The notes beneath the pieces were generated by a model. It had not been told where the DNA came from, ran no database searches, and saw nothing but the letters and a program-made list of their open reading frames with translations. Shown here one piece after another: positions 8,748 to 18,733 of a stretch of DNA of 64,000 nucleotides. Both the position numbers and the translations under genes were made by a program. The DNA is taken from the IMG/VR virus record IMGVR_UViG_2882613001_000002, positions 22,773 to 86,772 of that record. The stretch is one strand, 5' to 3'. The DNA is from a virus (Duplodnaviria; Caudoviricetes). Within the stretch, counting starts at the first letter, position 1. Each line of letters opens with the position of its first letter.

Positions 8748-10430
8748 TCATGCCGCCCTCCGTTCGAATCCGGCCACCGCGTTCACGGCGGCCTGGATGG
8801 CGCGTTTGTTGAAGCCGAAGGTCATCAGCACCGAAGCGCGGTAGCGCGTGAGGCCGAAGTCGTGCCGGCATTTCGGTGGCAGATATTTCAGCTGCTTGTC
8901 GGTCGGTGGCTGGCGCAGCCACGCCTTTGTCTTGAAGGCGCTTTCATCGCTTTCGTGGGTGTTCAGCCAGTCATCGGCCTGCGCGAGGCAGACGGTGCGT
9001 TCGCCGACGCCCAGCAGACGTGGCCGCGCGCCCTTGGCCCCGCCGACGGCGTACCAGACGCCGTCCATCCAGAAGATGCCGCCCCAGGCTGTGAAGCCGG
9101 TAGCCATTAGCGCGTCATCTGCGCCGAAGAGATCGACCCATGCGAAGCTGGAGCGCTTCAGCAGGTCGATCTCGGTCATGACAAAGCCTGAGAGTGGCGC
9201 TGCGTTCGTCCCGGTCTCGCCTTCGTCCTGCAGCAAGACCTCGCCGCAGAGCGGGCATTCAGTGGCGGCGAGCGGTATCTCCGCCGCGCAGGCGGAGCAG
9301 GATTTGGTCGGGGCGTCACCGGTGGCGATCTTGCCGTCCAGATCGACATCCTGTTCCAGCGTGCCGTGGATCAAGCTCGATGTCCCGAAATCCAGCACCA
9401 CGCAGTCGGTCTTGACGATGCCGGGGTGTTCTTCGGGATCGACCGTGCGCAACCCGCGACCGACCATCTGGATCATGGTGGATTTGTAGGAACTAGGCCG
9501 CAGCAGCACGACGCAGGAGGTGGGCGGGTGATCCCAGCCTTCCGTGAGCACGGCGACATTGACGATCACGCAGATCTCGCCTGCCGCATAGTCGGTCAGG
9601 ATGGACTTGCGGGTGTCGGCCGCCAGATCGCCGTGGATCAGCGCGGCCGTGATCCCCGCGGCGCGAAATGCCTCAGTGACGTGTTCGGCATGGGCGACGG
9701 TGGAACAGAAGACGACGGTCTGCCGGTCACCAGCCTTCTCGCGCCAGTGGCGGATCACCTCGTCGGTGACCGGCGCGCGGTCCATGATGTCCGCCACCTC
9801 GGTCATGTCGAAATCGGCACTGGTCTTGCGGACCGACTTCAATTCCTCCTGCACGCCCACATCGATGACAAAGGTGCGCGGCGGCACGAGATGCCCCGAG
9901 GCAATCAACTCAACCAGACGCACCTGGTCGGCGACATTGTCGAAGACCTCGCGCAGTCCTTTCTTGTCTCCCCGGGTCGGTGTTGCCGTCACCCCGAAAA
10001 CGCGGGCGTCGGGATTGGCGTCACGCACCCGGTTGATGATGCGGCGATAGCTGTCCGCCACCGCGTGATGTGCCTCGTCGATCACAAGCAGGTCGAGGCG
10101 CGGCATGTCGGCCAGGTTCGAGGCCCGTGCCAGGGTCGGCACCATCGCAAAGGTGACGTCGCCGCCCCAGGATTTTTCGGTGGCATCGATCACCGAGGTG
10201 GACACCTCCGGCACCATGCGCTGGAACTTGGCGCGGTTCTGCGCCGTCAGCTCGTCTCGATGCGCCAACACGCAAGCTTTGGCTCCATCACCGAGCATCG
10301 CGCCGGTGACTGCCGAGAGCATGATCGTTTTGCCCGCGCCGGTGGGCGCCACACCGAGCGTATTGCCGTGTTGGCCGAGCGCAGCAACACTGCGCTCGAC
10401 AAAGGTTTTCTGGCGGGGACGCAGGCGCAT
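8748..10430 (-). CDS. DEAD/DEAH SF2 helicase
   Basis: APTGAGKT, DEAHH, TATP, VLTEGWD and QMVGRGLR motifs. Confidence 0.95.
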   Translation of the reverse strand: MRLRPRQKTFVERSVAALGQHGNTLGVAPTGAGKTIMLSAVTGAMLGDGAKACVLAHRDELTAQNRAKFQRMVPEVSTSVIDATEKSWGGDVTFAMVPTLARASNLADMPRLDLLVIDEAHHAVADSYRRIINRVRDANPDARVFGVTATPTRGDKKGLREVFDNVADQVRLVELIASGHLVPPRTFVIDVGVQEELKSVRKTSADFDMTEVADIMDRAPVTDEVIRHWREKAGDRQTVVFCSTVAHAEHVTEAFRAAGITAALIHGDLAADTRKSILTDYAAGEICVIVNVAVLTEGWDHPPTSCVVLLRPSSYKSTMIQMVGRGLRTVDPEEHPGIVKTDCVVLDFGTSSLIHGTLEQDVDLDGKIATGDAPTKSCSACAAEIPLAATECPLCGEVLLQDEGETGTNAAPLSGFVMTEIDLLKRSSFAWVDLFGADDALMATGFTAWGGIFWMDGVWYAVGGAKGARPRLLGVGERTVCLAQADDWLNTHESDESAFKTKAWLRQPPTDKQLKYLPPKCRHDFGLTRYRASVLMTFGFNKRAIQAAVNAVAGFERRAA

Positions 10431-10442
10431 GACCGATCCCCC

Positions 10443-11069
10443 TTACTGGGCCCAGCTCGGCCGCCCGGGAGCACCGGGGTTGGCTGCTGGCGGATTGGAC
10501 GAGGACGTTGGGGCGGCAGCATTCTGCTGCGAAGTGGCCCCCGGCCCGGCGTTACCACTGAACTGCAGGGGTGCAGTTCCCATGACCTGCGCATAATCGC
10601 GATGGTCAGGCGTGACCGCGCTGCGGATCTCGTTCTTGTCGTCGCCACTGGCATCGGTGCCGATGTCGATGCGGGCGACGAACTCAATGCCGTCGAGATC
10701 GGCGAAACCGCTGATGCGCCGTGCTGCCTGCGCTTCCGGCGACATGTCCTTGTCGGAAATCCCGCGCGCCGAGTTCAGCATACCGCGCACCAGGCTGCGG
10801 CCCATATTGGCCCAGTCTGGCCCCTTCGGGCTATACAGCCCGATCAGCGTGAAGATCTTGCGCCGGGCATATTGCCCCTCGGTCACGGTGAACTCGCCGT
10901 TGAGGTACACCGCGCCGGTGGAGCCGCGCGTGGCATAGCCGCCAGTCCAGCCCTGCGAGGCGTCGTCGAAGCCGCCGGGGCGGATGGTCAGGCGCACCTT
11001 GGCCAGTGTGCCCTTGGGGATGAGGTTGGTATTGCTCTGCGCGTCGTTGAAATCGTTCCAGGAACCCAT
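10443..11069 (-). CDS. Phage ssDNA-binding-like protein (DUF669-like)
   Basis: LIPKGTLAKV...KNEI pattern with a flexible tail; follows an AAA_24 gene. Confidence 0.55.
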   Translation of the reverse strand: MGSWNDFNDAQSNTNLIPKGTLAKVRLTIRPGGFDDASQGWTGGYATRGSTGAVYLNGEFTVTEGQYARRKIFTLIGLYSPKGPDWANMGRSLVRGMLNSARGISDKDMSPEAQAARRISGFADLDGIEFVARIDIGTDASGDDKNEIRSAVTPDHRDYAQVMGTAPLQFSGNAGPGATSQQNAAAPTSSSNPPAANPGAPGRPSWAQ

Positions 11070-11088
11070 GGGGAACCTCCTTTTCTGA

Positions 11089-11964
11089 TCAGGATTGTGG
11101 TTGGGATTGGTCGTCAGCCGCCGGATCGGCGGACGGTGGGGCGTAGGTCAGCCGGTCGGATGCCGGTGTTGCAGCCGTCCGAATCTTGGCCATCAGGCGG
11201 CCGAGATGGGGTTCTTCGACTTGGTCCAGACGGCCCGAACGATCCTTGGCCGGGAAACTCCAGGGGTTGATCGTGTGGCAGACAAAGGCGCGATACGGAT
11301 CGCCGCCATCGGCCTTCAGTTCCGCCATGGTGATCACCTCGTCGACGATGCCTGGCAGCTCGAGCCCGGTCTTTGAGCCATCGATCTGCGGCTGGAACAT
11401 CTTGCGATTGAAGTCGTCGAGCTTCTCGTCGAGGATCCCGACCAACCAGACATTCTTGGCCCGCGTGTGCTGCAAATGGGTGAGCCAGCCGATCATCTCG
11501 CGGCCATGCAAGCCGTACGCCCCGCGCACATCCGGCTTGCCGGTTTTCTCCGACAGCGCCTCGGGTTGGCCTTTGCACCAGCCAAAGCACAGCCGCCCGG
11601 CAACCGTGATCGAATCCACGAAGATGGTGTCGTAGCGGTCCAGCGCTGCCGGATCGCCGAAGCGCTCGCAGACGGCGGCATAATGCGCGGGGCTGTATGG
11701 CTGCTCATCGCGCAGCGCCGGGTTCGGCCCACCGATGAACACCGCGAAATCCCGGCATTCCGTCCAGGTGCGCGGCCGGATGCTGTCACCCGCCCAGCCT
11801 TCGATGGCGAGGTCACCCGCTTCGAGATCCATGAACAAGGTGCGGTCGGCATCGAGGGTCCAGAGCAGCGAGGTCTTCCCAATGCCGGATTTCCCGAAGA
11901 TGCAGCCCTTGATGCCGCGTGGCTCGGCCAGCCGCTCGTCGGCGCTGATGATAGGGAGGCTCAC
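11089..11964 (-). CDS. AAA_24 ATPase (Sak4-like)
   Basis: GKSGIGKT, DLEAG, IFVDSIT and AKDRSG motifs. Confidence 0.85.
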   Translation of the reverse strand: MSLPIISADERLAEPRGIKGCIFGKSGIGKTSLLWTLDADRTLFMDLEAGDLAIEGWAGDSIRPRTWTECRDFAVFIGGPNPALRDEQPYSPAHYAAVCERFGDPAALDRYDTIFVDSITVAGRLCFGWCKGQPEALSEKTGKPDVRGAYGLHGREMIGWLTHLQHTRAKNVWLVGILDEKLDDFNRKMFQPQIDGSKTGLELPGIVDEVITMAELKADGGDPYRAFVCHTINPWSFPAKDRSGRLDQVEEPHLGRLMAKIRTAATPASDRLTYAPPSADPAADDQSQPQS

Positions 11965-12449
11965 TGGTCAGCCCCCTGCGCGAGGATCTCGACCTTCAGC
12001 GTGCCAGGCCGCACAGTGCGCGCGGGCTCGAAACTGGCGCGAATGCCGTCAGGCCACGCGCTGTATTTCCGCTCCGGCACTTTGATCGTAATGTCGACAT
12101 ACTGCGCGGGATCGTCACCTGAGGCGCGGATGCGCTCGACCACGTCACCAAGCTGTGCCTTATCCCAGTCCACCCGCTTCGGCAGATCGGCGACCACGGT
12201 GAAATCGCCGTCATCGAAGCGGACAGTGCCGGTGTCCTTGCCGGCGGCCTGGCGTTCTTCGGTGGCCCGGGTGGCGTAGCGGACCGCCAGTCCGGCATCG
12301 AAGCGAGCCTTGGCCGCCTTGTCGCGCTTCAGACGCTCGTCGATTTCGCGTTGCAGGATCGCCAGCAACTCGACCGGCAGCGCCGCGATCTCGGCCGCGC
12401 TGAGCGAAGGCAGATCGTCCGGCGTTGGGGTGTTCTCGGGGAATGGCAT
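11961..12449 (-). CDS. Conserved phage hypothetical protein
   Basis: ORF coupled to the AAA_24 gene; start set at MPFPEN. Confidence 0.7.
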   Translation of the reverse strand: MPFPENTPTPDDLPSLSAAEIAALPVELLAILQREIDERLKRDKAAKARFDAGLAVRYATRATEERQAAGKDTGTVRFDDGDFTVVADLPKRVDWDKAQLGDVVERIRASGDDPAQYVDITIKVPERKYSAWPDGIRASFEPARTVRPGTLKVEILAQGADQ

Positions 12450-12493
12450 GAAATGGTCTCCGTGATCGGTGAATAAGGATTGGAAGGCCGGCA

Positions 12494-12847
12494 TCACGCG
12501 GCCTCAGGCTCGGCGAGCAGCAGCTCGGACAGCGAGACGGCAGCAGCTTTGGGTTTGGGGCGGGCAACGGCGATGTAGGCGAACTGGTCGGGCCCCACGC
12601 GCTCCTGCACGAGATGTACGAGACCCTGCTCAGCGGCCCAGAAGGCCCGCGATCCAAGCCTGCTCAACTCGGCGCGTGCCGCATCCGACAGCCCTGAAAA
12701 CACAGGGAAGATGTCGAGCACCAGAAAGCCGCGATGGTATTCCAGCCGGTCGCCGGGAACGGCCTGCGCCACCCAGGCGCAGAATTCGATCTCGGACAGC
12801 GGTCGGCTGGCGCGAACCGTGATGAAGGGTGTGGTTTCCATGAACAT
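12494..12847 (-). CDS. Conserved phage hypothetical protein
   Basis: FCAWVAQA..GD.LEYHRGFL..D pattern; in operon. Confidence 0.7.
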   Translation of the reverse strand: MFMETTPFITVRASRPLSEIEFCAWVAQAVPGDRLEYHRGFLVLDIFPVFSGLSDAARAELSRLGSRAFWAAEQGLVHLVQERVGPDQFAYIAVARPKPKAAAVSLSELLLAEPEAA

Positions 12848-12865
12848 GATCTCCTCCTTTCGCCT

Positions 12866-13189
12866 CTACTCAGGCCGCTGCCGCGTCGTCCCAGTCGGGA
12901 CCGAGGCCGCTTCAATGTCCTTTGTTGCGGCGTTGTGCTGATCGTCCGGCTGGCCCGCGTCGGCGTCGGCATAGACCGCCACGAGAGGCGTCCCATCCTG
13001 GTGGGCCCCGGCATTCTCGATGCGGTATGCACGCTGGTTCTTCAGGATTTCCGGCAGCTCCCAGCGGCGGTAGAGGCCGGGGATGCGCTTGAGGTCTGCG
13101 GACAAGAGGTCGGCTTTGCGGATCATGCGGGTCGACTTTCGGTTTGAGTGGGGCGCGCGGTGGCGTCTGAATGGGAAAAGCCACCGCAC
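12866..13189 (-). CDS. Hypothetical protein (start may be 13126)
   Basis: In-operon ORF containing GLYRRWELPEILK. Confidence 0.55.
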   Translation of the reverse strand: MRWLFPFRRHRAPHSNRKSTRMIRKADLLSADLKRIPGLYRRWELPEILKNQRAYRIENAGAHQDGTPLVAVYADADAGQPDDQHNAATKDIEAASVPTGTTRQRPE

Positions 13190-13210
13190 CGCTGAGATCG
13201 GGACATCCGA

Positions 13211-13930
13211 TCAGCGAAATTCTCGCAGGACGTCGCGCAGACGCCGGGTCGCCCGCTGATAGCGTTTGCGCGTTGCCGCCTCAGACAGCCCCAACTCCGA
13301 TGCGACCTCAGCCTGCGAGAACCCGTCGACGGCCACGCGGATCACCAGATCAGAATCCTTGCCGACGATGCGGACGAGATCGCGGTGGAGCAGTGCAGAG
13401 CTGGCGTTGGCTGACGCCTGATCGTCAGTTGGGATTTCGTCGGGATCGGCCTCGCTGCGCAGGCTCTGGTGCCTGTCCTCGCGTTGACGCGTTCTGATCA
13501 GGTCGCGCTCGATGTTTCGGAGGATGGTGGAAGCGATCCAGTTGACGCGCTGCAGATCCAGACAGCGAATGGCCTCGGAGGCCCGTGCCAGGATTTCAGA
13601 TGCAACCTCGTCACCGGTGCCGATCCTGCGCCAGGTCGATCTGCGCCGAACGGCATCCAGCCCCGGCCAGAGCGCCAGCAGCATGAGCGTCAGGGCACAA
13701 TCGGCGGCCTCGTCGCCAGACTGTGCAGCCCGGACCAGAGCAACCAATATTCGGTTCTTCTCATCTGGCCCGCGGCTGCCGACTTGCAGCGTGTCCAGCA
13801 ATGCAGCCGGATCAGCGAAATGCGCGAGCGGTTCGCTGCTGCGCCGGAGCTCATCGAAGGTGTGTTGAAAACCAAGAGTTGAAGAAGAAAACATGAGGTG
13901 ATCACGGATCTCGTGCCACGCGATGGACAT
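13211..13930 (-). CDS. Sigma70/ECF-like RNA polymerase sigma factor
   Basis: Region 2-like (EILARASEAIR...WIASTILRN) and region 4 HTH (GFSQAEVASELGLSEAATRKRYQRA). Confidence 0.75.
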   Translation of the reverse strand: MSIAWHEIRDHLMFSSSTLGFQHTFDELRRSSEPLAHFADPAALLDTLQVGSRGPDEKNRILVALVRAAQSGDEAADCALTLMLLALWPGLDAVRRRSTWRRIGTGDEVASEILARASEAIRCLDLQRVNWIASTILRNIERDLIRTRQREDRHQSLRSEADPDEIPTDDQASANASSALLHRDLVRIVGKDSDLVIRVAVDGFSQAEVASELGLSEAATRKRYQRATRRLRDVLREFR

Positions 13931-14029
13931 TGGACGCCTGCCTTGCGGCCAGGCGTCCAGCGCCTTTTCGTGGCCACGTCAGGACGTCGTGCGTCTCTGC
14001 GACTTCAGGGAAATGGTGAGACGTGCGCC

Positions 14030-14275
14030 TTAGCGCGCGGGTGATGTCGCCTGGTTCAGCGTTCCGCAGCCGCGGCACGTGGCCACGACCGGAAAGCCCA
14101 CGAAATACTCGTGCCCTCGCGCAAAGCGCAGGTGCATGCGGCCGTCCCGGCAAACGCCGAGCAGCTTGTCACAGCGCGTACAGCGCCATTCCGAGGTCAA
14201 AGGGTTGGGGGTTGATTTTGCGCCACCGGCCCAGCTGATCTGGGCTGGCTGGCGTGAAGTATCGGGAGTCGGCAT
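14030..14275 (-). CDS. Zinc-finger protein (Mu Com-like)
   Basis: EWRCTRCDKLL ... CRGCGTLN, two CxxC pairs. Confidence 0.65.
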   Translation of the reverse strand: MPTPDTSRQPAQISWAGGAKSTPNPLTSEWRCTRCDKLLGVCRDGRMHLRFARGHEYFVGFPVVATCRGCGTLNQATSPAR

Positions 14276-14384
14276 GGAAGTGCTCCTCTGACTGAGTGAG
14301 CCTTTCCAATAGACAGCGGTTTTTTAGACCGTCGCCCGCAATATTTTTGACCGTCGACAGACCGGCCCGCCGAGATCGGCCAGA

Positions 14385-16577
14385 TTATACGACAAGTCGC
14401 CAATATCCACGGGTCGAACCCTTGGCGATATAGACGTCAAGAATGCTCTCCCACATCGGTTTCTTGAACGCCTGCTGTGGGCTCTTGACGCCAGTATCCT
14501 CGATGAGGTCAGCGGTTTTGACATCAGGACTGCCGGCAAGATGCGCCGTTACCAGCTTTTCGAAGATCCGGATCTGATTTGCACCAAGAATGGCAAGCGG
14601 TGCTTTTCCTGGGATGCACAATGAAGCGGATTGGTTGCCTGACTTGAGCACTGCGACTGAACTGCCCCCCGCGGCAACATTCCGTCCAGAACTGAAGGTC
14701 TGCGCCAACGCATCACGCGACAGCACCAAGTCTTCGCCCTCATCGGACAGATGCGTGAGCACCGGAACGACGACATTCGGCCCGAGGCAGGTGAGTGTAT
14801 CGACGCTGGATGTCAGGACGATCCCGATCCCAGACGCATTCCGCGCACGCAGGAGTTGATCCAGCTTGTTGATGACCTGGGGATTACCCAAACGCCGCGC
14901 GAAATAGACCGGTTTGCGATGGCCATCCGTCCCCATGTCACCCATCAGGACCAAATCCTGATCAAGGACCTGCGCTCCCTTGCTTGTCAGCAATGGACGG
15001 ATGAGTTTCAGCACGGTTTCCTGAAGCCATTCGCGATTGAGTTGATAGCGTTCCAGATCGGCCGCTGGATGTTCGCCCGCATCCTCTCCAAACGGACCTG
15101 TCGCCGAGACCATTCCTGGCGTCGATGAGGGCTTGATCTCGACCTCACCGTCAATGTCGTCCTTGTCAATCAGCACGACATCCTGCCGGTCACGCCGCTC
15201 GAGCAGCCCACCCTCAATCAGACGATCAGGATCAAGCCCGATCTCACGCAAGTATCCACCCGTGACCTCGTCTTCCTCGAGATCGTAGAGGTCCACCAGT
15301 TGCGCGAACATGGCACGCAAATCGCCGTTGTCGATCTGACGGAAGGCGCTCAGGATCCCCCATTCGTGCAGCAACGCAAATCCGAGGCTGCGTTCGTCGG
15401 GGTCCTTGTTGCTCTGCAGATTGCAGCTCTTGACGCCTGACACAGTGATGTTGAGGGAGCGTTCCTTGGCGTCGCCTGCACGGTTGTACTTTACTGCAAT
15501 GCCAATGCGGCTGAAACTGGCAGCCCTCCGGAAGATGTTGCCCCGGCCGAGATACCTTGTCGCGATTTCCTGGATGTCATCATCGATGGCGACCTTGAGA
15601 GCCAGTTTTCGGCTCCAGTGGCCCAGACGGATTTCCACTTCCAGCACCCGCGCCACCTGGATTTCCACACCTTCGATCTTCGGGATTGAAAGTGCCAGAG
15701 ATGTGCGGAAACGGCTGAGGTTGTAGCGCTTCCAGGTCAGCGGTTTTTGAGAAATGTCGTGTTCCAGCGTAACCTCGGCGAAGGCATCGCCCACCTTCTG
15801 CCGAACAACCGGACTGTCGGCGCAAATTTCGATCTGCCTTTTTGATGGGGTGTAGATCAAGGTCGCTTCGTTTGGCGGTCGGAAATAGATCGTTCCCCGC
15901 CGCCCGTCGTCGCGATGGTCGTGCACGCTCGACAATGGGCCGCCGTGACGGACAATCAGCATGATTGATGTCGGATGCGCTTCAGTAGAAGGCAGGTCGA
16001 GCGCCTTAACCGTACAGATTGTCTTGAGTTCGAGGACCTCCGTGATCTTCGACGCCAGCGCGGTTTCATCGATTGCGTTTGCGTCAAGGTTGATCGCCTT
16101 TTCCAACTCGACCTCGAACGCATCGTACATCTTACCGTGGTCGCGGAATTGGCGTGCGAAATGAAAACTCTCCGCATCCTCGAAAGTCTGACGTGTGTTG
16201 AGAAACGCCCAGATGCTCCTGCAGAGCGGATCAGGCTGCGCCTCGATTTCCTGCGCCTGCTCTTCCGTGAACTGCTTGTCGACAATTGTAGCGAGGGATG
16301 AAATGCCCTTGCTGTCGGAAAGTGCACGGATCCTGCGACAGCGCTGTTCGGCTGGCCGCAATTCGTCCAGATCAAAATCTGACAAAATTCCAATGATTTT
16401 CTGCCGAAATTCGCTGACCGATTCTTCATCTGAAGGATTTGGAGTCTCCTCGGGCAAATTGAACTCTGGCTCGTTCTCGCCTTCCCGAATAGCAAGCACC
16501 GCGCGTGCAAGGTCGATCCGCGCGTCCTCGATCAACGCGAGGATATTCGGGCCAATCGGATTTGCTTTTTGCGCCAT
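14385..16577 (-). CDS. Large hypothetical protein (730 aa), possible C-terminal winged HTH
   Basis: Long ORF with natural composition; no catalytic motif recognised. Confidence 0.8.
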   Translation of the reverse strand: MAQKANPIGPNILALIEDARIDLARAVLAIREGENEPEFNLPEETPNPSDEESVSEFRQKIIGILSDFDLDELRPAEQRCRRIRALSDSKGISSLATIVDKQFTEEQAQEIEAQPDPLCRSIWAFLNTRQTFEDAESFHFARQFRDHGKMYDAFEVELEKAINLDANAIDETALASKITEVLELKTICTVKALDLPSTEAHPTSIMLIVRHGGPLSSVHDHRDDGRRGTIYFRPPNEATLIYTPSKRQIEICADSPVVRQKVGDAFAEVTLEHDISQKPLTWKRYNLSRFRTSLALSIPKIEGVEIQVARVLEVEIRLGHWSRKLALKVAIDDDIQEIATRYLGRGNIFRRAASFSRIGIAVKYNRAGDAKERSLNITVSGVKSCNLQSNKDPDERSLGFALLHEWGILSAFRQIDNGDLRAMFAQLVDLYDLEEDEVTGGYLREIGLDPDRLIEGGLLERRDRQDVVLIDKDDIDGEVEIKPSSTPGMVSATGPFGEDAGEHPAADLERYQLNREWLQETVLKLIRPLLTSKGAQVLDQDLVLMGDMGTDGHRKPVYFARRLGNPQVINKLDQLLRARNASGIGIVLTSSVDTLTCLGPNVVVPVLTHLSDEGEDLVLSRDALAQTFSSGRNVAAGGSSVAVLKSGNQSASLCIPGKAPLAILGANQIRIFEKLVTAHLAGSPDVKTADLIEDTGVKSPQQAFKKPMWESILDVYIAKGSTRGYWRLVV

Positions 16578-16660
16578 TAACTCACCTCAATGCATGTTAT
16601 CTCTTAACTTGTTTCAACCTCCGATAATCGTTGACGAAAGTAAGGTTCACAAGAGCAGAT

Positions 16661-16675
16661 GTTCGCCACCTGTTC
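16661..16675. promoter_or_regulatory. Alphaproteobacterial LexA (SOS) box
   Basis: GTTC-GCCACCT-GTTC matches GTTC-N7-GTTC, in the divergent intergenic region. A TTGACG -35-like hexamer lies at 16631. Confidence 0.7.
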
Positions 16676-16773
16676 GCTTTCTCATCAGCGCTTGGCGAGG
16701 GCGGATGTCCCGCCCAGGCCTTCTCGGTGGCTTTTGGTTGGTAACGACACCAGCAAGCACGGCCACCCAAGAC

Positions 16774-16977
16774 ATGAAACGACCCACCCCCCTGCCACCC
16801 GACCAGATGACGCCCGCAGAACGCCGCGCCGAGCTATGCGGCCTGCTGGCGCTCGGGCTGGTTCGGTTGCGGATGCGTGATCGGGCGGAAGTATCTGACG
16901 ATACTGGAGAAAGTGGACTACACTATCCGGCCGACGAATGGCGTCATGCAACTCCAACTCACCGGAGAAATGTATGA
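16774..16977 (+). CDS. Small hypothetical protein, first gene of the recombinase operon
   Basis: MKRPTPLPPDQMTPAERRAELCGLLALGLVRL; ATGA overlap with the DUF2924 gene. Confidence 0.7.
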   Translation: MKRPTPLPPDQMTPAERRAELCGLLALGLVRLRMRDRAEVSDDTGESGLHYPADEWRHATPTHRRNV

Positions 16978-17426
16978 CGACCCACGATCCGATCCCCGCG
17001 CGCCTGGCCGCGCTCAAGACCACATCGACGCCTGACCTAAAGGCGCAATGGCGGGAGTTGTTCGACAGCGAACCGCCGCCGTTCAATCGCCGTTACCTCG
17101 AAAGTCGCCTCGCGTACCGCATCCAGGAGCTGGCTTATGGCGGCCTGAAGCCGGAAACGGTAAAGCGGCTAGAAGCCCTTGGCGAGCAACTTGATGGCGG
17201 TGATCGCAAAAAGAGCCGCATCCGCGCTGACCTGACGCCCATCGTCGGGACGCGGTTGATCCGTGAATGGCAAGGCGTTGAACACCTCGTCACCGTCACC
17301 GCCGACGGTTTCGACTGGCAGGGTCGCCCTTATAAATCGCTGTCAGCCATTGCCTGCGCCATCACCGGTACGCGCTGGAACGGCTGGGTGTTCTTTGGCC
17401 TGAAAAACCACCGGAGGCGCGCATGA
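16974..17426 (+). CDS. DUF2924 protein
   Basis: LAYRIQELAYGGL, GTRLIREWQG and YKSLSAIA..ITGTRWNG motifs. Confidence 0.9.
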   Translation: MTTHDPIPARLAALKTTSTPDLKAQWRELFDSEPPPFNRRYLESRLAYRIQELAYGGLKPETVKRLEALGEQLDGGDRKKSRIRADLTPIVGTRLIREWQGVEHLVTVTADGFDWQGRPYKSLSAIACAITGTRWNGWVFFGLKNHRRRA

Positions 17427-18733
17427 CCAAGCCAATTGTCCGGAAACTGCGCTGCGCGATCTACACGCGCAAGTCCTCCGAGGAAGGGCTCGAGCAGGAA
17501 TTTAACAGTCTGCACGCGCAACGGGAGGCCTGCGAGGCCTATATCGCTAGCCAGCGCTCCGAGGGCTGGGTGCTCGTCCACGATCAGTATGACGATGGTG
17601 GCATTTCTGGCGGCACGCTAGACCGCCCGGGCTTGCAGCAATTGATGGCGGATATTGAGGACGGGCTTGTCGATGTGGTCGTTGTCTACAAGATCGACCG
17701 CCTCAGCCGCTCTCTGGCCGATTTCGCCAAGCTGGTCGAGGTGTTCGACCGCAATGACGTGACCTTCGTTTCGGTCACGCAGTCGTTCAATACCACCACA
17801 TCAATGGGGCGGCTGACGCTAAACATCCTGCTTTCCTTCGCCCAGTTCGAGCGCGAGGTCACGGCCGAGCGCATTCGCGACAAGGTCGCGGCGAGCCGCA
17901 AAAAGGGGATGTGGATGGGCGGGGTTCCGCCCTACGGTTATCGCGTTGAAAGTCGCAAACTGATCATCGACGAGGAGCGCGCAGCGCATGTCCGTTGGGC
18001 ATTCGAGCGGTTTATCAAAATCGGATCTGGCACCGAACTGGCCCGCGAAACCGCTGCCAAGGGCATACTGACCCCCAAGGGCAACCCGATGGACAAGAAG
18101 TTTATCTACCGCATGCTCAACAACCGCGCGTATATTGGCGAGGCGGTCCACAAGGGCGAAAGCTATCCCGGCGAGCACGACGCCATCATCGATCGCGAGA
18201 CGTGGGACCGCGTCCATGCCATCCTGCAGGAAAGCCCACGCAAACGCGCGGCCCGGACCAGAGCCAAAACACCAGCCATGCTCAAAGGCTTGCTCTATGG
18301 ACCGGACGGCGCGGCGTTTTCGCCGACGCACACCCGCAAACGCGACCGGCTGTATCGCTACTATGTCAGCCAGACCGTGCTGAAGCACGGCGCCGGATCG
18401 TGTCGCGTGGGCCGTGTCTCGGCTGGTGAGATCGAAACCGCCGTCATTGATCAGCTTCGCACAGTGTTCCGCCAACCCGAGATCGTGGCCGGGACATGGA
18501 AGGCGGCACGCGCCAATGCCGACGACATCACCGAGGCCGATGCCCGCGCGGCTCTGCAGCAGCTCGATCCGCTTTGGGATGAACTCTTCCCCGCCGAGCA
18601 GGCACGCATCGTGGCGCTTCTGATCGAGCGCGTGGACATCGGCACGGACGGGCTCAATGTCCGGCTGCGCGTCGACGGCCTCCGTGGCCTTGCGCGCGAG
18701 ATGTTTGCAGGCGGTATTGAGGCGGCGGCATGA
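17423..18733 (+). CDS. Large serine recombinase
   Basis: CAIYTRKSS (catalytic Ser), VVYKIDRLSRS and FAQFERE motifs plus a recombinase domain. Confidence 0.95.
   Translation: MTKPIVRKLRCAIYTRKSSEEGLEQEFNSLHAQREACEAYIASQRSEGWVLVHDQYDDGGISGGTLDRPGLQQLMADIEDGLVDVVVVYKIDRLSRSLADFAKLVEVFDRNDVTFVSVTQSFNTTTSMGRLTLNILLSFAQFEREVTAERIRDKVAASRKKGMWMGGVPPYGYRVESRKLIIDEERAAHVRWAFERFIKIGSGTELARETAAKGILTPKGNPMDKKFIYRMLNNRAYIGEAVHKGESYPGEHDAIIDRETWDRVHAILQESPRKRAARTRAKTPAMLKGLLYGPDGAAFSPTHTRKRDRLYRYYVSQTVLKHGAGSCRVGRVSAGEIETAVIDQLRTVFRQPEIVAGTWKAARANADDITEADARAALQQLDPLWDELFPAEQARIVALLIERVDIGTDGLNVRLRVDGLRGLAREMFAGGIEAAA

Noticed and set aside
9366-11270. 634-aa plus-strand ORF, and similar long ORFs at 6515, 7606, 43969, 47231, 48667 and 50715
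   Set aside because: They lie opposite or across well-supported phage genes and have shadow-ORF composition.
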